A stretch of 64,000 nucleotides of DNA from Trichosphaerium sp. ATCC 40318 (taxonomy: Eukaryota; Protista; Tubulinea), in contig JALMLS010000446.1 of NCBI GenBank assembly GCA_038496445.1, positions 62,001 through 126,000 on the forward strand. The letters are read 5' to 3'. The translations under genes and the position numbers were made by a program. Shown piece after piece: positions 53,254 to 64,000 of this stretch; the first letter of the stretch is position 1, and each line of letters starts with the position of its first letter. The notes under the pieces are model-generated. The model was given only the letters and a program-made list of their open reading frames with translations, did no database searches and was not told the origin of the DNA.

Positions 53254-54195
53254 CTAACCTTTCCTCATTGTAAATTACAACTTAAAATCCTAAGTACACG
53301 GGTCACAGCAAAGTGATAATAAACCATGTGTCTGATTAACAAGGATGCACTTACTGTGACCAACACCTCTTTCTTAAATGTGCTAATTGTGCATTGCAGT
53401 TATATTTTCTAGTGCTGACAACAAACTCAATTGAGCTTCCCAGCTTTTCTACAAACTGCGTTCAACCAGGTAGCACTGTTCGCTTTCAATCCAGCCAAGT
53501 CGCCTACCTTAGCTCACAAAATGTCTGTCCTAGGTTGTAACACGAACATCGGCATGTTTCTTTGACCATAAATAATATCAAATATTTGACTCGCTTGTAA
53601 AAAAATTGGTATTCTATTCATTTATAACATTGCTAGTTTACGAGGCCTGCTTGGGTAGTCTTCGCTAATATATTGGTAGCATGTAGAAGTCATTGATATG
53701 AGATCTGGCCTATTTCTACAACAGCTCAATTACTCGTGTGCTACAGTAAAATTCAAATCGATCAAAAAATAATTGGTATACATGCAACTTACCACTCATT
53801 GTAGCCTTTCGCACATGCAGTCTATTTCTTTCATATAATAAACTTCCTTTAGGCCCTTGCACATAGGGTTCTTGCCTAGCTTTAAAGTATGACATCCGGC
53901 CTTACTACCTAAATAGAATAGTTATAAACCGGCTTCTACATCAGAACTCACGTACAAAAGGGAAAAACAGACAGACTTTTTGAAATGTTGTCCAGCAACT
54001 TGGTTCCCTTAATAACCCCTCATTATGTACGTTTACAGCGCGTGTATTGTTGCAGGTGACATAAAATTATGGGAACCACCTAGAAGAGTAATTAAACAAC
54101 ATCGACTGATTTAAAAACCAAAACAACAAAAATAGTTTTCTTAGCGCAAAACAACCCCTAGATTTAACAACCGGTATGGAAAAGCTTTTACAAAA

Positions 54196-56275
54196 CTAGC
54201 ACAATGTGTGTAAATAAAGAGGCAAAAAGACTTTGCATGTAAGGTTAGGAAACCAAAAACATTTCTTCGTACTACTTTGTATCATTTTTACATTCTCCAA
54301 CCGTTTGTTGTGTTCAGTAGTTTCAGGCATGACTATCAATGGTTTTGTGTTTGGATCATATCTAATACCCACATCGCGTCGATGGTGATATATAGTAGCA
54401 GATAATGACTTATCATCTCCTGGAACCCACCAATAAGGAACAGCAACAACTGTAATACCTTACAGAGGAAAGTCAGCAAATGCACTTTTTGATTTTTGCG
54501 TACCTAATTGACCACATAGATGATCCTTTTCGTGGTCTCTGGCAGCGTATATATTCACCGGAAGACTGTGTTTTAAAAGATCGTGGAAGTGATGCTCACC
54601 TTTTACTTGTCAACCAAAAAAAACCACGAATTTGGAAAAAAAAGTACCTTGATACTCGATGGCGAGATTGTATCGTGGTACGAATATATCAACGGAAATT
54701 TGAGTTCCAGATGAGTCTCTCACATCTATAGGATGCTCCTCTTCAACAACATCAAGTGGATACAACCGTTTTACTGCTTTAAAAAGTTCCCTGTAGTTCT
54801 GTTTAAAATCTGAAATAATTTAAAAAGAAGAGAAACTACCTTTGTACAGCTTTCTTTCGTGAGCTCTGGTTCCGCTTTAACTTTGTTTTGGGGTACCATA
54901 TAGGTAACACCTTAGCAAAATTATACTTAAAAGAAGAACCACCAAGGGCATGAAGTTGGGGCATTGATGTCCGCATCCTATTTAAAGAAGCTAAGCAAGA
55001 CTTTCTTTTCTTTTTTTGGTCACTACTATGCATCCCGTACCAGTCTTGTGGGCCTCCCATATTCATACTTCGTTCCATATCTCTAAGAACAGAAGCTACT
55101 TTTTCTGTATCACTCCAGAATCCTCTAGGCTTGTTCTTTTTCTGCCTTTAAAAAAACAACTTAAGTCAATAATATTATTTCCTTTTAAAGAAGCCTTACT
55201 TAAACACAAATAACGTATCGTCCCACGTGTGGTTAGCATAAATATCCATGACTGCTCTAGAAAGCACATTCGAGTATCTTACAACGAACCATTAGCAACA
55301 AAACTAGAAAATGTCTTCTAAAAGCTAAAGACTTACATAGCCATAATACTATTTGCTTTTCCGTTCATGTCTATGCTCTTCATAGAGTACCAATCATCAA
55401 GACACTTCATCTCAAATTCCTCTGCAATCTCATTAAACTTTCCTACTTGTATCTCTTTTTTCAACCAGTATCTCATTGGAGAGCACCTGGGGTTGATCAG
55501 TCAACGAGAATTTCTTTTCAAAAAAAAAGAAAGAAACAAATGTGTCGCACTTGAACTTCTCTACATTCCATTCTCGCTCTGGATATATTTCTTTTAATGT
55601 TGAAGACAAGGAACTATCATACCTAGCATAATAGTGAGACGCTGTAGAGAGAAATAACGAAGCTCCATAGTTAACCGAAGAATGACATAATACGTACCTA
55701 CACAGTAACGTTTTACCACCTAGTTTTATAATGTGACTTGCAGTGATGCTGTACCAATCGTTCCAGTGATTGAACTTCAATTCTTCATACACAAAGTCCA
55801 TGAAACGTCTTTGGTTTTTCATGTCACCCCAAAAACTAGAGGGAGCTGTTCTAATGGCGATTCAATAAGAACCACGCGTTGTGGTTACTTTTTGCGTACA
55901 AAAACTTCCACCCGTGCCATTTGTACTGAGGATACAGCGTTTTTACCGTTTCAAACAGTGAGCCATACCTGCATAGCGTTAATAATAACAATACGCGCTA
56001 CTTGAGGGTATTTGGGTCTGTTTTCCCACAAATGTCAACTGCTATTTACTTTTCTATTATTCTACGCGCACTACCCCATTTTACGTCCGCCGGCGATACA
56101 TTATACCAATCTCTAACAGTCCGTACTTTTAACACTTCTCCAACCTTCTCAAACCATGTTCTTTCGTAGCTTTAAACGTATGAGATACTAATTACGCTGT
56201 GTTAACGTACTTTGGAGAATCTGGTCTATTAAAATAACCAGATGGGTTAGAATACGCTCTAATGGTAGCACGCAT
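54196..56275 (-). CDS. Trp-rich helical repeat + RAP/PD-(D/E)xK nuclease protein (copy 2)
   Basis: Repeats PSSFWGDMKNQRRFMD...DWYSI...GGKTLL...IYPEREW. C-terminal VDIFVPRYNLAIEYQGEHHF...RDHEK...GITVVAVPYWW. N-terminus MRATIRAYS. Confidence 0.82.
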
Positions 56276-56447
56276 ATGCGTAAACAGTAATATGTGCTGT
56301 GGCTTTAAGCACGAATGTCTTAAGCTACCCTTCGAGATGGTTGTTTTTACATAATGACTTCACGTGTTTGCAAGGCTATTTATTTCTTTCGCTATATGAC
56401 ACCTCATTTTGGTCAAAGTGAAGTACAACACCTTTGCTAAATTTGTC

Positions 56448-57602
56448 TCAACCGAGTATTTCTTCGCCACGGTCGATGCAGATGTTATGACCACTTTCCA
56501 CTGCTAGTGATTTTATGCATTCTTTTGTAATTGAAGTGTCTCTGAAGTAAATGCGATGAAGTCCTTTTAAGGCTTTGACACCTTCATCTGTCACGTGTCC
56601 ACAACCTCTAATGTTAATTGTATGAACCCCTTTTAATGCTTTGACACCTTCATCTGTCACTCTAATGCTAATTGTGTGAATCCCATTTAACGCTTTGATT
56701 CCTTTGTCTGTAACTGAAGTGTAGCTAAGATCAATGCTATGAACGCCTTGTAAAGCTGCAACGCCTTTGTCTGTTACATGTCTACAATGTGAAATGCTAA
56801 TATCATAAACACCCTTAAGTGCCCTTAATCCTTCATCCGTAACTGCTGTGTCATTAAGATTAATAGAATGAACTCCTTTCAAAGCTCTAATGCCTTTATC
56901 TGTTACTGAAGTGCTCCAAAGGCCAATAGTGTGGACTCCTTTCAAACATTTGATTCCTTCGTCTGTCACGTGTTTCGAACTAAGGTAAATAGTATGTACT
57001 CCTGACAATGCTTTGATTCCTTCATCTGTGACTGATGCGCCTTCAAGATAAATTGTATGAACTCCATGTAGTCCTTTTACGCCTTTACCTGTTATGTGAT
57101 TACACTTAGTAAGGTTAATGGTATGAGCGCGCTTCAATTGTTGGAAACTTCTATCTGTAACCAAACTAAAACTTAAATCAATTCTGCGAATGCCCGGTAG
57201 TAGTGCGTTTATATTACTAGTATCGATATCAACACCTGGTATATATGTACGCACACCTTTGCGTTTAATCCTTCTAATTGTAACATTGGTATTGTTCATG
57301 ACACCTTTATACCGTCTTATCTTTCTGAGATCATTAATTTTTGTCAAAGTAATTTCGTCATATCCAACTATATCATGAATTATATCTGCCATTAAACTAC
57401 ATGACTGAGCAACATAGAACTTTTCACGCCCTTCTGTATGACATAGAATACTTGCAATAACCTCTATTGGAAGATCTAGAATATGTGTACACGATTCCTT
57501 GGGCAGCACGACATGTTTTCTAAACAGCAAGTTAAAAAAAACAACTGTTCGCATTACCACGTGCGTTGATAAAATCCCTTGTTTTAGCTTTTCAACGTCC
57601 AT
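56448..57602 (-). CDS. F-box + 22/23-aa LRR tandem repeat protein (copy 1)
   Basis: F-box ILDLPIEVIASIL...VAQSCSLM, then about 11 repeats of GVHTIxLxxxxVTDEGIKALK. Repeat region is intron-free. Confidence 0.92.
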   Translation of the reverse strand: MDVEKLKQGILSTHVVMRTVVFFNLLFRKHVVLPKESCTHILDLPIEVIASILCHTEGREKFYVAQSCSLMADIIHDIVGYDEITLTKINDLRKIRRYKGVMNNTNVTIRRIKRKGVRTYIPGVDIDTSNINALLPGIRRIDLSFSLVTDRSFQQLKRAHTINLTKCNHITGKGVKGLHGVHTIYLEGASVTDEGIKALSGVHTIYLSSKHVTDEGIKCLKGVHTIGLWSTSVTDKGIRALKGVHSINLNDTAVTDEGLRALKGVYDISISHCRHVTDKGVAALQGVHSIDLSYTSVTDKGIKALNGIHTISIRVTDEGVKALKGVHTINIRGCGHVTDEGVKALKGLHRIYFRDTSITKECIKSLAVESGHNICIDRGEEILG

Positions 57603-57611
57603 TTAATATGC

Positions 57612-58279
57612 AGAAGTTTCTTATTGTTAAAATCCTGGTGATAGTGATAATATGAGTCCTGGACCCCTTACTTGAGATGCGTCAAACTGAATGTTAACGT
57701 TTGCGTTACTGAAGCTTATAACTTGCCAAGGCATTGGTTTTCGGTCCGAGATCGGTCTTCACGTTAAGTGAAAGATTCTGGTTCTTTGACGAAAAACCAC
57801 CAGTTGGTTTCAGTAAAAGTAGTCCTAGACGGTTGTTCATCCAAAGTTCTACAGATAGAGTGGTTGAACGCCTGAACCATATTTTCAGCTCTAATCAGGT
57901 ACTCGCTTAGCTTGCTATGTTAGGTCATAAACGCTTACGTATCCACCTTGAAAAGTGCCCTAGATGTAAGCTTTACTGCAACCGTTAAAACAAATACTTT
58001 CTTCATGATGGCTTAACAAAATGGGTGAAAAAGTATTGTGCTTTTTCTCGCGGTAGTAGTTAAGCCAACATGAAGAAAGTATTTGTTTTAACGGCAATCA
58101 CATTGTTGGTTTATCCTTATTAGTGTACATACTTAAGGCTTTTCTATAAAGTGTAATAAACATCAAATTTTTATTTTGGCAATTGCAGGGCAATTGCATC
58201 TAGTGTTAGAATACATTTGTTTGGTATCTTATCTATGTATTATGTTTATCAAGCCCGAAGGGGCATTCTAAGAATTTCT
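57612..58279. ncRNA. Putative large folded intergenic element hosting the 36-bp hairpin
   Basis: The first ~120 nt pair colinearly with the last ~105 nt in four helical blocks, with G-U pairs on the + strand. Confidence 0.55.
57982..58094. repeat. Near-perfect inverted repeat (36-bp arms, 1 mismatch): pre-miRNA-like hairpin or MITE-like element
   Basis: CCGTTAAAACAAATACTTTCTTCATGATGGCTTAAC (57982-58017) pairs with GTTAAGCCAACATGAAGAAAGTATTTGTTTTAACGG (58059-58094). The loop holds a further GAAAAAG/CTTTTTC stem. CAA flanks both sides. Confidence 0.9.
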
Positions 58280-58298
58280 ATTATAAGTGAATAGTGTC

Positions 58299-60936
58299 TT
58301 AGTCTGTTGAAGCTGGTGCCTCAGCATCGGTTATAAGTTTGTCTGGTCTTTCCTTGAGCTCTTCTTTACCACCACTTGAGGTCATAGCAGACGCACTCTT
58401 TGATGCATTTTTTGTCTCAGAACTAGTGTAAGGCCAAATCTTTAGGAAATAACTTGCTAACAATCGCCGAAAAGAACTAAAAAGAATGAGTTCGTCTTTC
58501 AACTTGTTTCCAATTATACGTACGGCATACACATGAATACTACAAAAATGACAATACCAGGTCCTTTAAAAGCATAAGTCATCCAAAAACGAAAACATAC
58601 TACACAAGCGCGAACACGTGATTTAAACTGCCGAAAAAATATGGAATCCAAAAAAAACAAGTTCACTTGTGTACCTCCGATACAAAAGATGAATATAAGG
58701 GTTGCTGGTAGATTAAACAAATCCTTTTGAAAGCAATCATCAATGTTTGTAGCTGTTTGAACACATTCAAAGTAAATATTGCCAGCATTGGCACTAACAT
58801 TTTCGATATAGCCTCTGAAACTACCACGTACTTAGTACGTGTCATAAAACTATCTGTGAATCGTACATTAAAGAATACATCAGTACTAACCAGTATGCAA
58901 AAACGTGAACAAGAACTAGGTTCCTAGTACGTCTTCTTTTGAAATCTTTGGCAGAAATTGTAGCCTGTGCAATACATTAACACTAACACTTCTGGAAGCG
59001 AACAAAAAAAAGAACAAAAGTAGTGCGAATGTGTACCTTTTCTTGTGTTCTGTACAAGTGAACTATCAAGTAAAAGAAGCTAGAAATGCCGACGATAGAA
59101 CATGGTATTGTAGGAAATCCAAAAAAGAATGCCCATTGCGCCCACCTGTACCTTGAAGTAACTTTCAGAAAACAACAAGTTAGTTAATCTGAATAGAATC
59201 ACGTGCGTACTGAAGCAAAACGTTAGAGCAGGAACACCTTCAATCATGCCACTAAATAATACTATAAACGTCATGATTGATGGAGCACCCCATAGCAAAG
59301 AGTAAACCGTCTATCAAATTAGGTCACTACAACATATACAGCTGGACAATAGTTAACGCACAATCCGATACCAGGCGGGGTATGTTCCTTTCAAAAGCTT
59401 AATACCTCTGAGCGTTATAAAAGCGCTATTGACAGCCATCAGTAACCAGCAGAATACAAGTTGATTAGCAACAAATATGAGGATAAAGCCTACAAAGGCT
59501 GTAACAACACACGTGAAAATTATGATGAAAACGAACCTTGGATGGTACATGGTATATGCCATGAGCGAGCCAAACGAGCTTTATTCTCACACATAAAGAA
59601 TTCAGGAGATAACGATGTCATAAACATGCACAATCCAGCGAAGAACGAGTCAGCAGATAGAATACTGAAGTACTGAGTTTGAAAGGTTCTGAACCTAAAA
59701 ATAATTGTTTTAGCAAATGACAATTCATCGTGATAATTGTTGACGTACTGTGGACTTCCCACAAACACAAAGAAACAAAAAAACGACAGCAACATTCCTA
59801 AAAATCCCACAGCAACGGAGAAGTATTTGACAACTTGAGTTGAGGTATCTGCATACAAATCTTATTTCTAATGCACAAATACAATTCTTATTTACGGAGT
59901 ACCTGAAAACGCTGGAGCGGGACAAGCCCAACACGGAGCCTCGTCTATTAAATAGTAAGAGTTGCTATTCAGTTATATTTAATAAGCGTACAATATCTCA
60001 GTGTGGTACTTTTAACGTCAGGAAATAGTCTAGGAGGAAAACAATTGAAGCTGTCCACTAAAAAAAAGCATAAGTTCGTATGTATATTTCTGACAAATCT
60101 GCCCTGGCTGTACCTGTTGTGTTACCACTACCTGTATTATTACAATCTAGTGATACTAGGGTTTGATTTGTGCAATCAGGCAGTTGTAGAGATGTGAACG
60201 CTAAGAATGGTTCACATTGAACCGGGATAGCTTCACAAACATCAACACAAGGCAAAACAATACCATTTGGATATGAATCGTTACACCTCTTGAAACGTGA
60301 TTGGCACGTGTAAAGAACAACTGAAGACTTGCAACTTGATCCACCAAAGAAATCTAAAGCATCAATACCGCTTAGCCTATCCTCGATATCCCTAAAATGA
60401 AAGGAATAAATCACTGATCCACCGGAGAACGAAAGCGGAGAAAAAAAAATTGAAAAAAAACTTGCGATTTATGGCGTTTCTACAACAAACAGTATCACGC
60501 GCGAAAATATCACATGATACAACATATAAAGGTATTGTTGCGAAAGATGGTTGAGGTAAAAAACGAATCATAACTGAATGCTAATTAGACTTTATGAAGA
60601 AGATATTATCGTACGCCTGTGTAGCCTCTTGTGTTGTATTTTTCGGCAAGTATACTAATGCGTAGCTTTCTATAACGTCATCACACCTTAATCACGGTTA
60701 ATTTTGGATCAGACAGTCGTCAAAGAGACTATAAACCAACAAGGGATATCACAGCCCAGTCGAGAATGAAAAAAAAAAAAGCTGGCCACGTGATTACCTA
60801 TTAGGTAGAATTATAAATACGAGCAACGTGCATACCTATGAGGAGATCCTGTGACATTTTTAACGTAAGGTACGCACTGTCCTTGTGCCACGCCCGAGAA
60901 ACAAATAACTGATAGTAAGAACGTGACATACATCAT
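58299..60936 (-). CDS. Frizzled/Smoothened-like GPCR (copy 2, paralog of 50635-53253)
   Basis: Same Cys-rich domain (YTCQSRFKRC...LPCVDVC), FRTFQTQYFSIL and CTIQG; intron positions match copy 1. Confidence 0.88.
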
Positions 60937-60948
60937 CACTTGCAATAG

Positions 60949-61731
60949 TTTTGTTTTGTGGCGTGTAACCCATGTGTGGGTTAAGTGGGGTTATTATACG
61001 AAACTATGTACTCTACAAAGACCAATCCACGGTCTTTCATGCCCCCCTCTGACAAGAGTTATGGGTTGACAAAATCGTTCAACCCTTACATCACCAATGT
61101 TAGATTCACGCGTCCCTGTTGATCTACAGTACCAGATTGGAGAGAATACGTCTCACTCAGCTTCGATCACCTGGATCACGTAGCCAGAGCCGTCCCATTT
61201 ATTAGGAGTTATCTCTTGTACATATACAACGAATTACATAAGAAACATTCAATCAATAAAAAACCAAGGTAATACAATCACACAAAAAGGATAATTGAAT
61301 AGTAATCTTGTGCACCATGACACGCAACAACTTTTTGAATCGTAATCTGCCATTGTATAGAATTGCTACTTGCTAATGTTGTTTTACAATCTACTGTACT
61401 TAAACAACTACCTCTCACTTATCAAACGCAGTAAAATACTTATTTATACAGTCGCGTGAGCAATTTGGATAAACAGTACTTCCGTTTACTCAAACATATG
61501 ACTGCCACAAATGTGGCAGATATAGCGGACCAGTAATACATAGGATTTGGATAGCAGCGTATCGGCGGTTGTGAGAGTGACTGATTTAGCAATTAGATTA
61601 GCTGAACTAAACGAGCAAAAGAGCCGAGAGAAGATTACTTTGCTGTAGCAACAAGGAATGCGTTATGTTACTGCTGTGCTTAGACCTTTACTACGTTATC
61701 TATTATTAGGTACCATTGGTATAAAGCAAAA
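60949..61731. ncRNA. Putative large folded intergenic element
   Basis: Nested helices 61108-61129/61643-61663, 61301-61309/61631-61639, 61361-61368/61587-61594 and 61412-61418/61571-61577. Confidence 0.45.
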
Positions 61732-61779
61732 TCATAAGCAATCAACGCTTTCAGCTAACAAATTTATTGGACCCATACA

Positions 61780-63369
61780 TTACATTTGACTGTCTAGAGC
61801 AAAGTTATGCCTAATAACATTCACTTTGGCATCTTTTAGTATGTTGATACCCTTCATTGTTATTGATGTACCTCCAACAATAACAGTATGAACATTTTTT
61901 AACTCTGCCATACCTTTGTTTGTTATACCCTTACAAAACCCAATGTTGATACTATGAACATCTTTAAATGCTGTCAAACACTCATTAGTCAATTGTTGAC
62001 AACATTGAAGGACAATGGTATGAACGCCAGAAAGTGCTTTTAAACCTGTATCTGTTACTGAAGTACTACTAAGGTCGATGTAGTGAACACCAGCAAGTGA
62101 TGTAATGCCTTCATCTGTCACCCTAGTGCTTTCAAGGTTAATGGAATGAACACCTTTCAATGCTTTAATGCCTATGTCTGTCACATTATCACAGCAATGA
62201 AGGTCAATTCTATAAACGCCAGATAGTGCTCGTAAACTGTTATCAGTGATATGACAGTTACTAAGGTTAATAGTATGAATTCCAGCAAGTGCCCTGATAC
62301 CTTTGTCAGTCACTGAAGTATAACTGAGGTTAATAGAATGAGCTCCTTTTAAAGCTTTAATGCCATCATCTGTTATACTAACACACCCAGCAAGATCAAT
62401 AGTATGAACTCCAGCTAGTGCTTTAATTCCATTATCAGTCACATTTGTATGTTCAAGCCTAATAGTATGAACGCCCTTTAAAGCTGATATACCTTCATCT
62501 GTCAGTAGCCCACAAAAACTAAGATTAATGGAATGAATTCCAGCAAGTGCCTTGACACCTTCATCTGTTATGCTATCACACCAAGTAAGATCAATAGTAT
62601 GAACACCAGAAAGTGCTTTAACGCCATCATCTGTTATTCTACCACACATACTAAGATCAATAGTATGAACGCCAGCAAGTGCTTTAATACTGTAATCTGA
62701 TATGCCACACCTAGTGAGAGAAATGGTATGAACTCCAGCAAGTGCTGTAACACCATCATCTGTTATTCTACCACACCAACTAAGATCGATAGTATGAACG
62801 CCAGTAAGTGCTTTAAGACCATTATCTGTGACGTCAGTTTTTGCAACGTCTATTGTATGTACACCTTTCAATGCTTTAATACCCTTATCTGTTATTCGAT
62901 TACACCTTTTAAGATGAATAGTATGAACACCAGAGAGTTCTTTAAGAGCGTCATCTGTGACATCAGTGTTTGAAAGGTCTATAGTATGAACACCTTTTAG
63001 TTCTTTTATGTCATCTTTTTTTACCTTGTTTCTTAAATATGTAACGTGTTGACAACCAGCTAACAAAGAGAAGATTGTATTATCCATTTTACCCACATGA
63101 ATCATAGTGTTAGTCAAGATTCCCTTGTACTCTCTTATCTTTACGATATCTTCTACACGTTTGATATAAACCTGTTTGTAGCCCACAATATCGTGAATGA
63201 CATCAGACATAAGATGACATGATTGAGCAACAGAAAACCTTTCTTTTTCTTCTGTAAGACGAAGAATATAGGAAATAACTTCAATAGGACAATCAAGAAT
63301 AGACACTTCTTTTACCTTCGTCACTACAGACCTAATAAGGGAGTAAGCAAAACATGTTTTAGTTTTCAT
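61780..63369 (-). CDS. F-box + 22/23-aa LRR tandem repeat protein (copy 2); probably has further 5' exons
   Basis: ILDCPIEVISYIL...VAQSCHLM, then about 17 repeats of GVHTIDLSxCxxITDxGIKAL in a ~1.5-kb intron-free exon. Confidence 0.92.
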   Translation of the reverse strand: MKTKTCFAYSLIRSVVTKVKEVSILDCPIEVISYILRLTEEKERFSVAQSCHLMSDVIHDIVGYKQVYIKRVEDIVKIREYKGILTNTMIHVGKMDNTIFSLLAGCQHVTYLRNKVKKDDIKELKGVHTIDLSNTDVTDDALKELSGVHTIHLKRCNRITDKGIKALKGVHTIDVAKTDVTDNGLKALTGVHTIDLSWCGRITDDGVTALAGVHTISLTRCGISDYSIKALAGVHTIDLSMCGRITDDGVKALSGVHTIDLTWCDSITDEGVKALAGIHSINLSFCGLLTDEGISALKGVHTIRLEHTNVTDNGIKALAGVHTIDLAGCVSITDDGIKALKGAHSINLSYTSVTDKGIRALAGIHTINLSNCHITDNSLRALSGVYRIDLHCCDNVTDIGIKALKGVHSINLESTRVTDEGITSLAGVHYIDLSSTSVTDTGLKALSGVHTIVLQCCQQLTNECLTAFKDVHSINIGFCKGITNKGMAELKNVHTVIVGGTSITMKGINILKDAKVNVIRHNFALDSQM

Positions 63370-63644
63370 TATTTACAAAAGGATAAAATACAAATAAGAA
63401 AGTAGTTTTTGTTCTTGGGCCTCGGGGCTCATTATCATACTTTCCCCAAAAAACTGTTTTAATAATTTACTACAGCATAAGAAAAGTGGACAGTGACAGA
63501 ATACGTTGACATTACAAAACGACTCAAGTCAAGCCAAAAAAAAAAACTGATCATTCAAAGGAAATTAGGACGTTTTCTTTCGGCGACGTTCGTTAAAACG
63601 TGGCGACCTTGTAGCATGTAGAATGGTTTTGAGGTAGCGACTAA

Positions 63645-63848
63645 TTATTTGTACCTTTGCTTGTTTTTATCAGTTTTTAAAAGTTGGTCGAGTTGTTCGG
63701 CGATACTTCTGTTGGCAACGTCTAGAATACTTTCCATTTGTTTTATCAACGTTTGCTGTTGTTCTGCTTTAATTCCATTGAATGCTTCTTTATGGTTCTT
63801 TTGGAAGTAGCCTAAAGCTTGATCTAGCGAAACAAAAAAACAGCTCAT
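63645..63848 (-). CDS. Helical coding exon, probably an upstream exon of the adjacent F-box/LRR gene or a separate gene
   Basis: Open frame DQALGYFQKNHKEAF...LDQLLKTDKNKQ followed by a gtac donor. Confidence 0.5.
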   Translation of the reverse strand: MSCFFVSLDQALGYFQKNHKEAFNGIKAEQQQTLIKQMESILDVANRSIAEQLDQLLKTDKNKQRYK

Positions 63849-64000
63849 GATTTGGTTAATGTGTGGGTGATTTCGGTAATTTAAGTAAGATGCTTAAGCG
63901 CTAAGGAGGTTCGTTTAACTATAGAGGAAAAACGCATAAATACCACGTGATCTTGCGTGAACGAACTCAAACATTGTGGGATGGTATCTTGAAAGTAGAG

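Noticed and set aside
57948-58030. RNase MRP-like words (GAAAAGTGCCC; ACAAAATGGG)
   Set aside because: No proper P4 pairing or spacing; the sequence is consumed by the long hairpin.
61538-61560. SRP helix-8-like TAGG...AGCAG
   Set aside because: Loop is TTGG rather than GNRA, and no Alu domain was recognised.
61610-61662. U6-like (GAGAAGATTA...CAAGGA) on + and U2-like (ATCTTCTCTCGGCTCTTTTG) on - strand
   Set aside because: Lacks the ACAGAGA box and AGC triad of U6 and the GTAGTA branch-recognition sequence of U2; probably coincidence.

Overview
This is AT-rich, gene-dense eukaryotic DNA using the standard genetic code. Most spliceosomal introns are short (about 38-50 nt), GT-AG, with CTAAC/CTGAC-like branch points. 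The gene repertoire (GABA-B-like class C GPCR, two Frizzled/Smoothened-like receptors, divergent Rac, F-box+LRR/MORN repeat genes) suggests a free-living protist, most plausibly an amoebozoan; this is inference. I reconstructed about 30 protein-coding genes by manual splicing, so exon boundaries are approximate. The main unexplained signal is that nearly every long intergenic spacer (about 0.4-0.9 kb, at least 10 loci) contains nested, colinear, long-range inverted complementarity, so the whole spacer can fold end-to-end into a rod or multibranch structure. This holds regardless of flanking gene orientation and without obvious primary-sequence homology between loci. One spacer contains a 35/36-bp hairpin. 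Other notable observations: a U12-type AT-AA/AT-AC intron, several GC-AG introns, strong CACGTG enrichment in introns and spacers, two putative mitochondrial helical-repeat + RAP/PD-(D/E)xK nuclease proteins, a globin-PH fusion, a tandem Spy/CpxP-like protein, a mitochondrial Hsp33 and a probable pseudo-GTPase Rac. All base-pairing and counts were done by eye and need computational confirmation.
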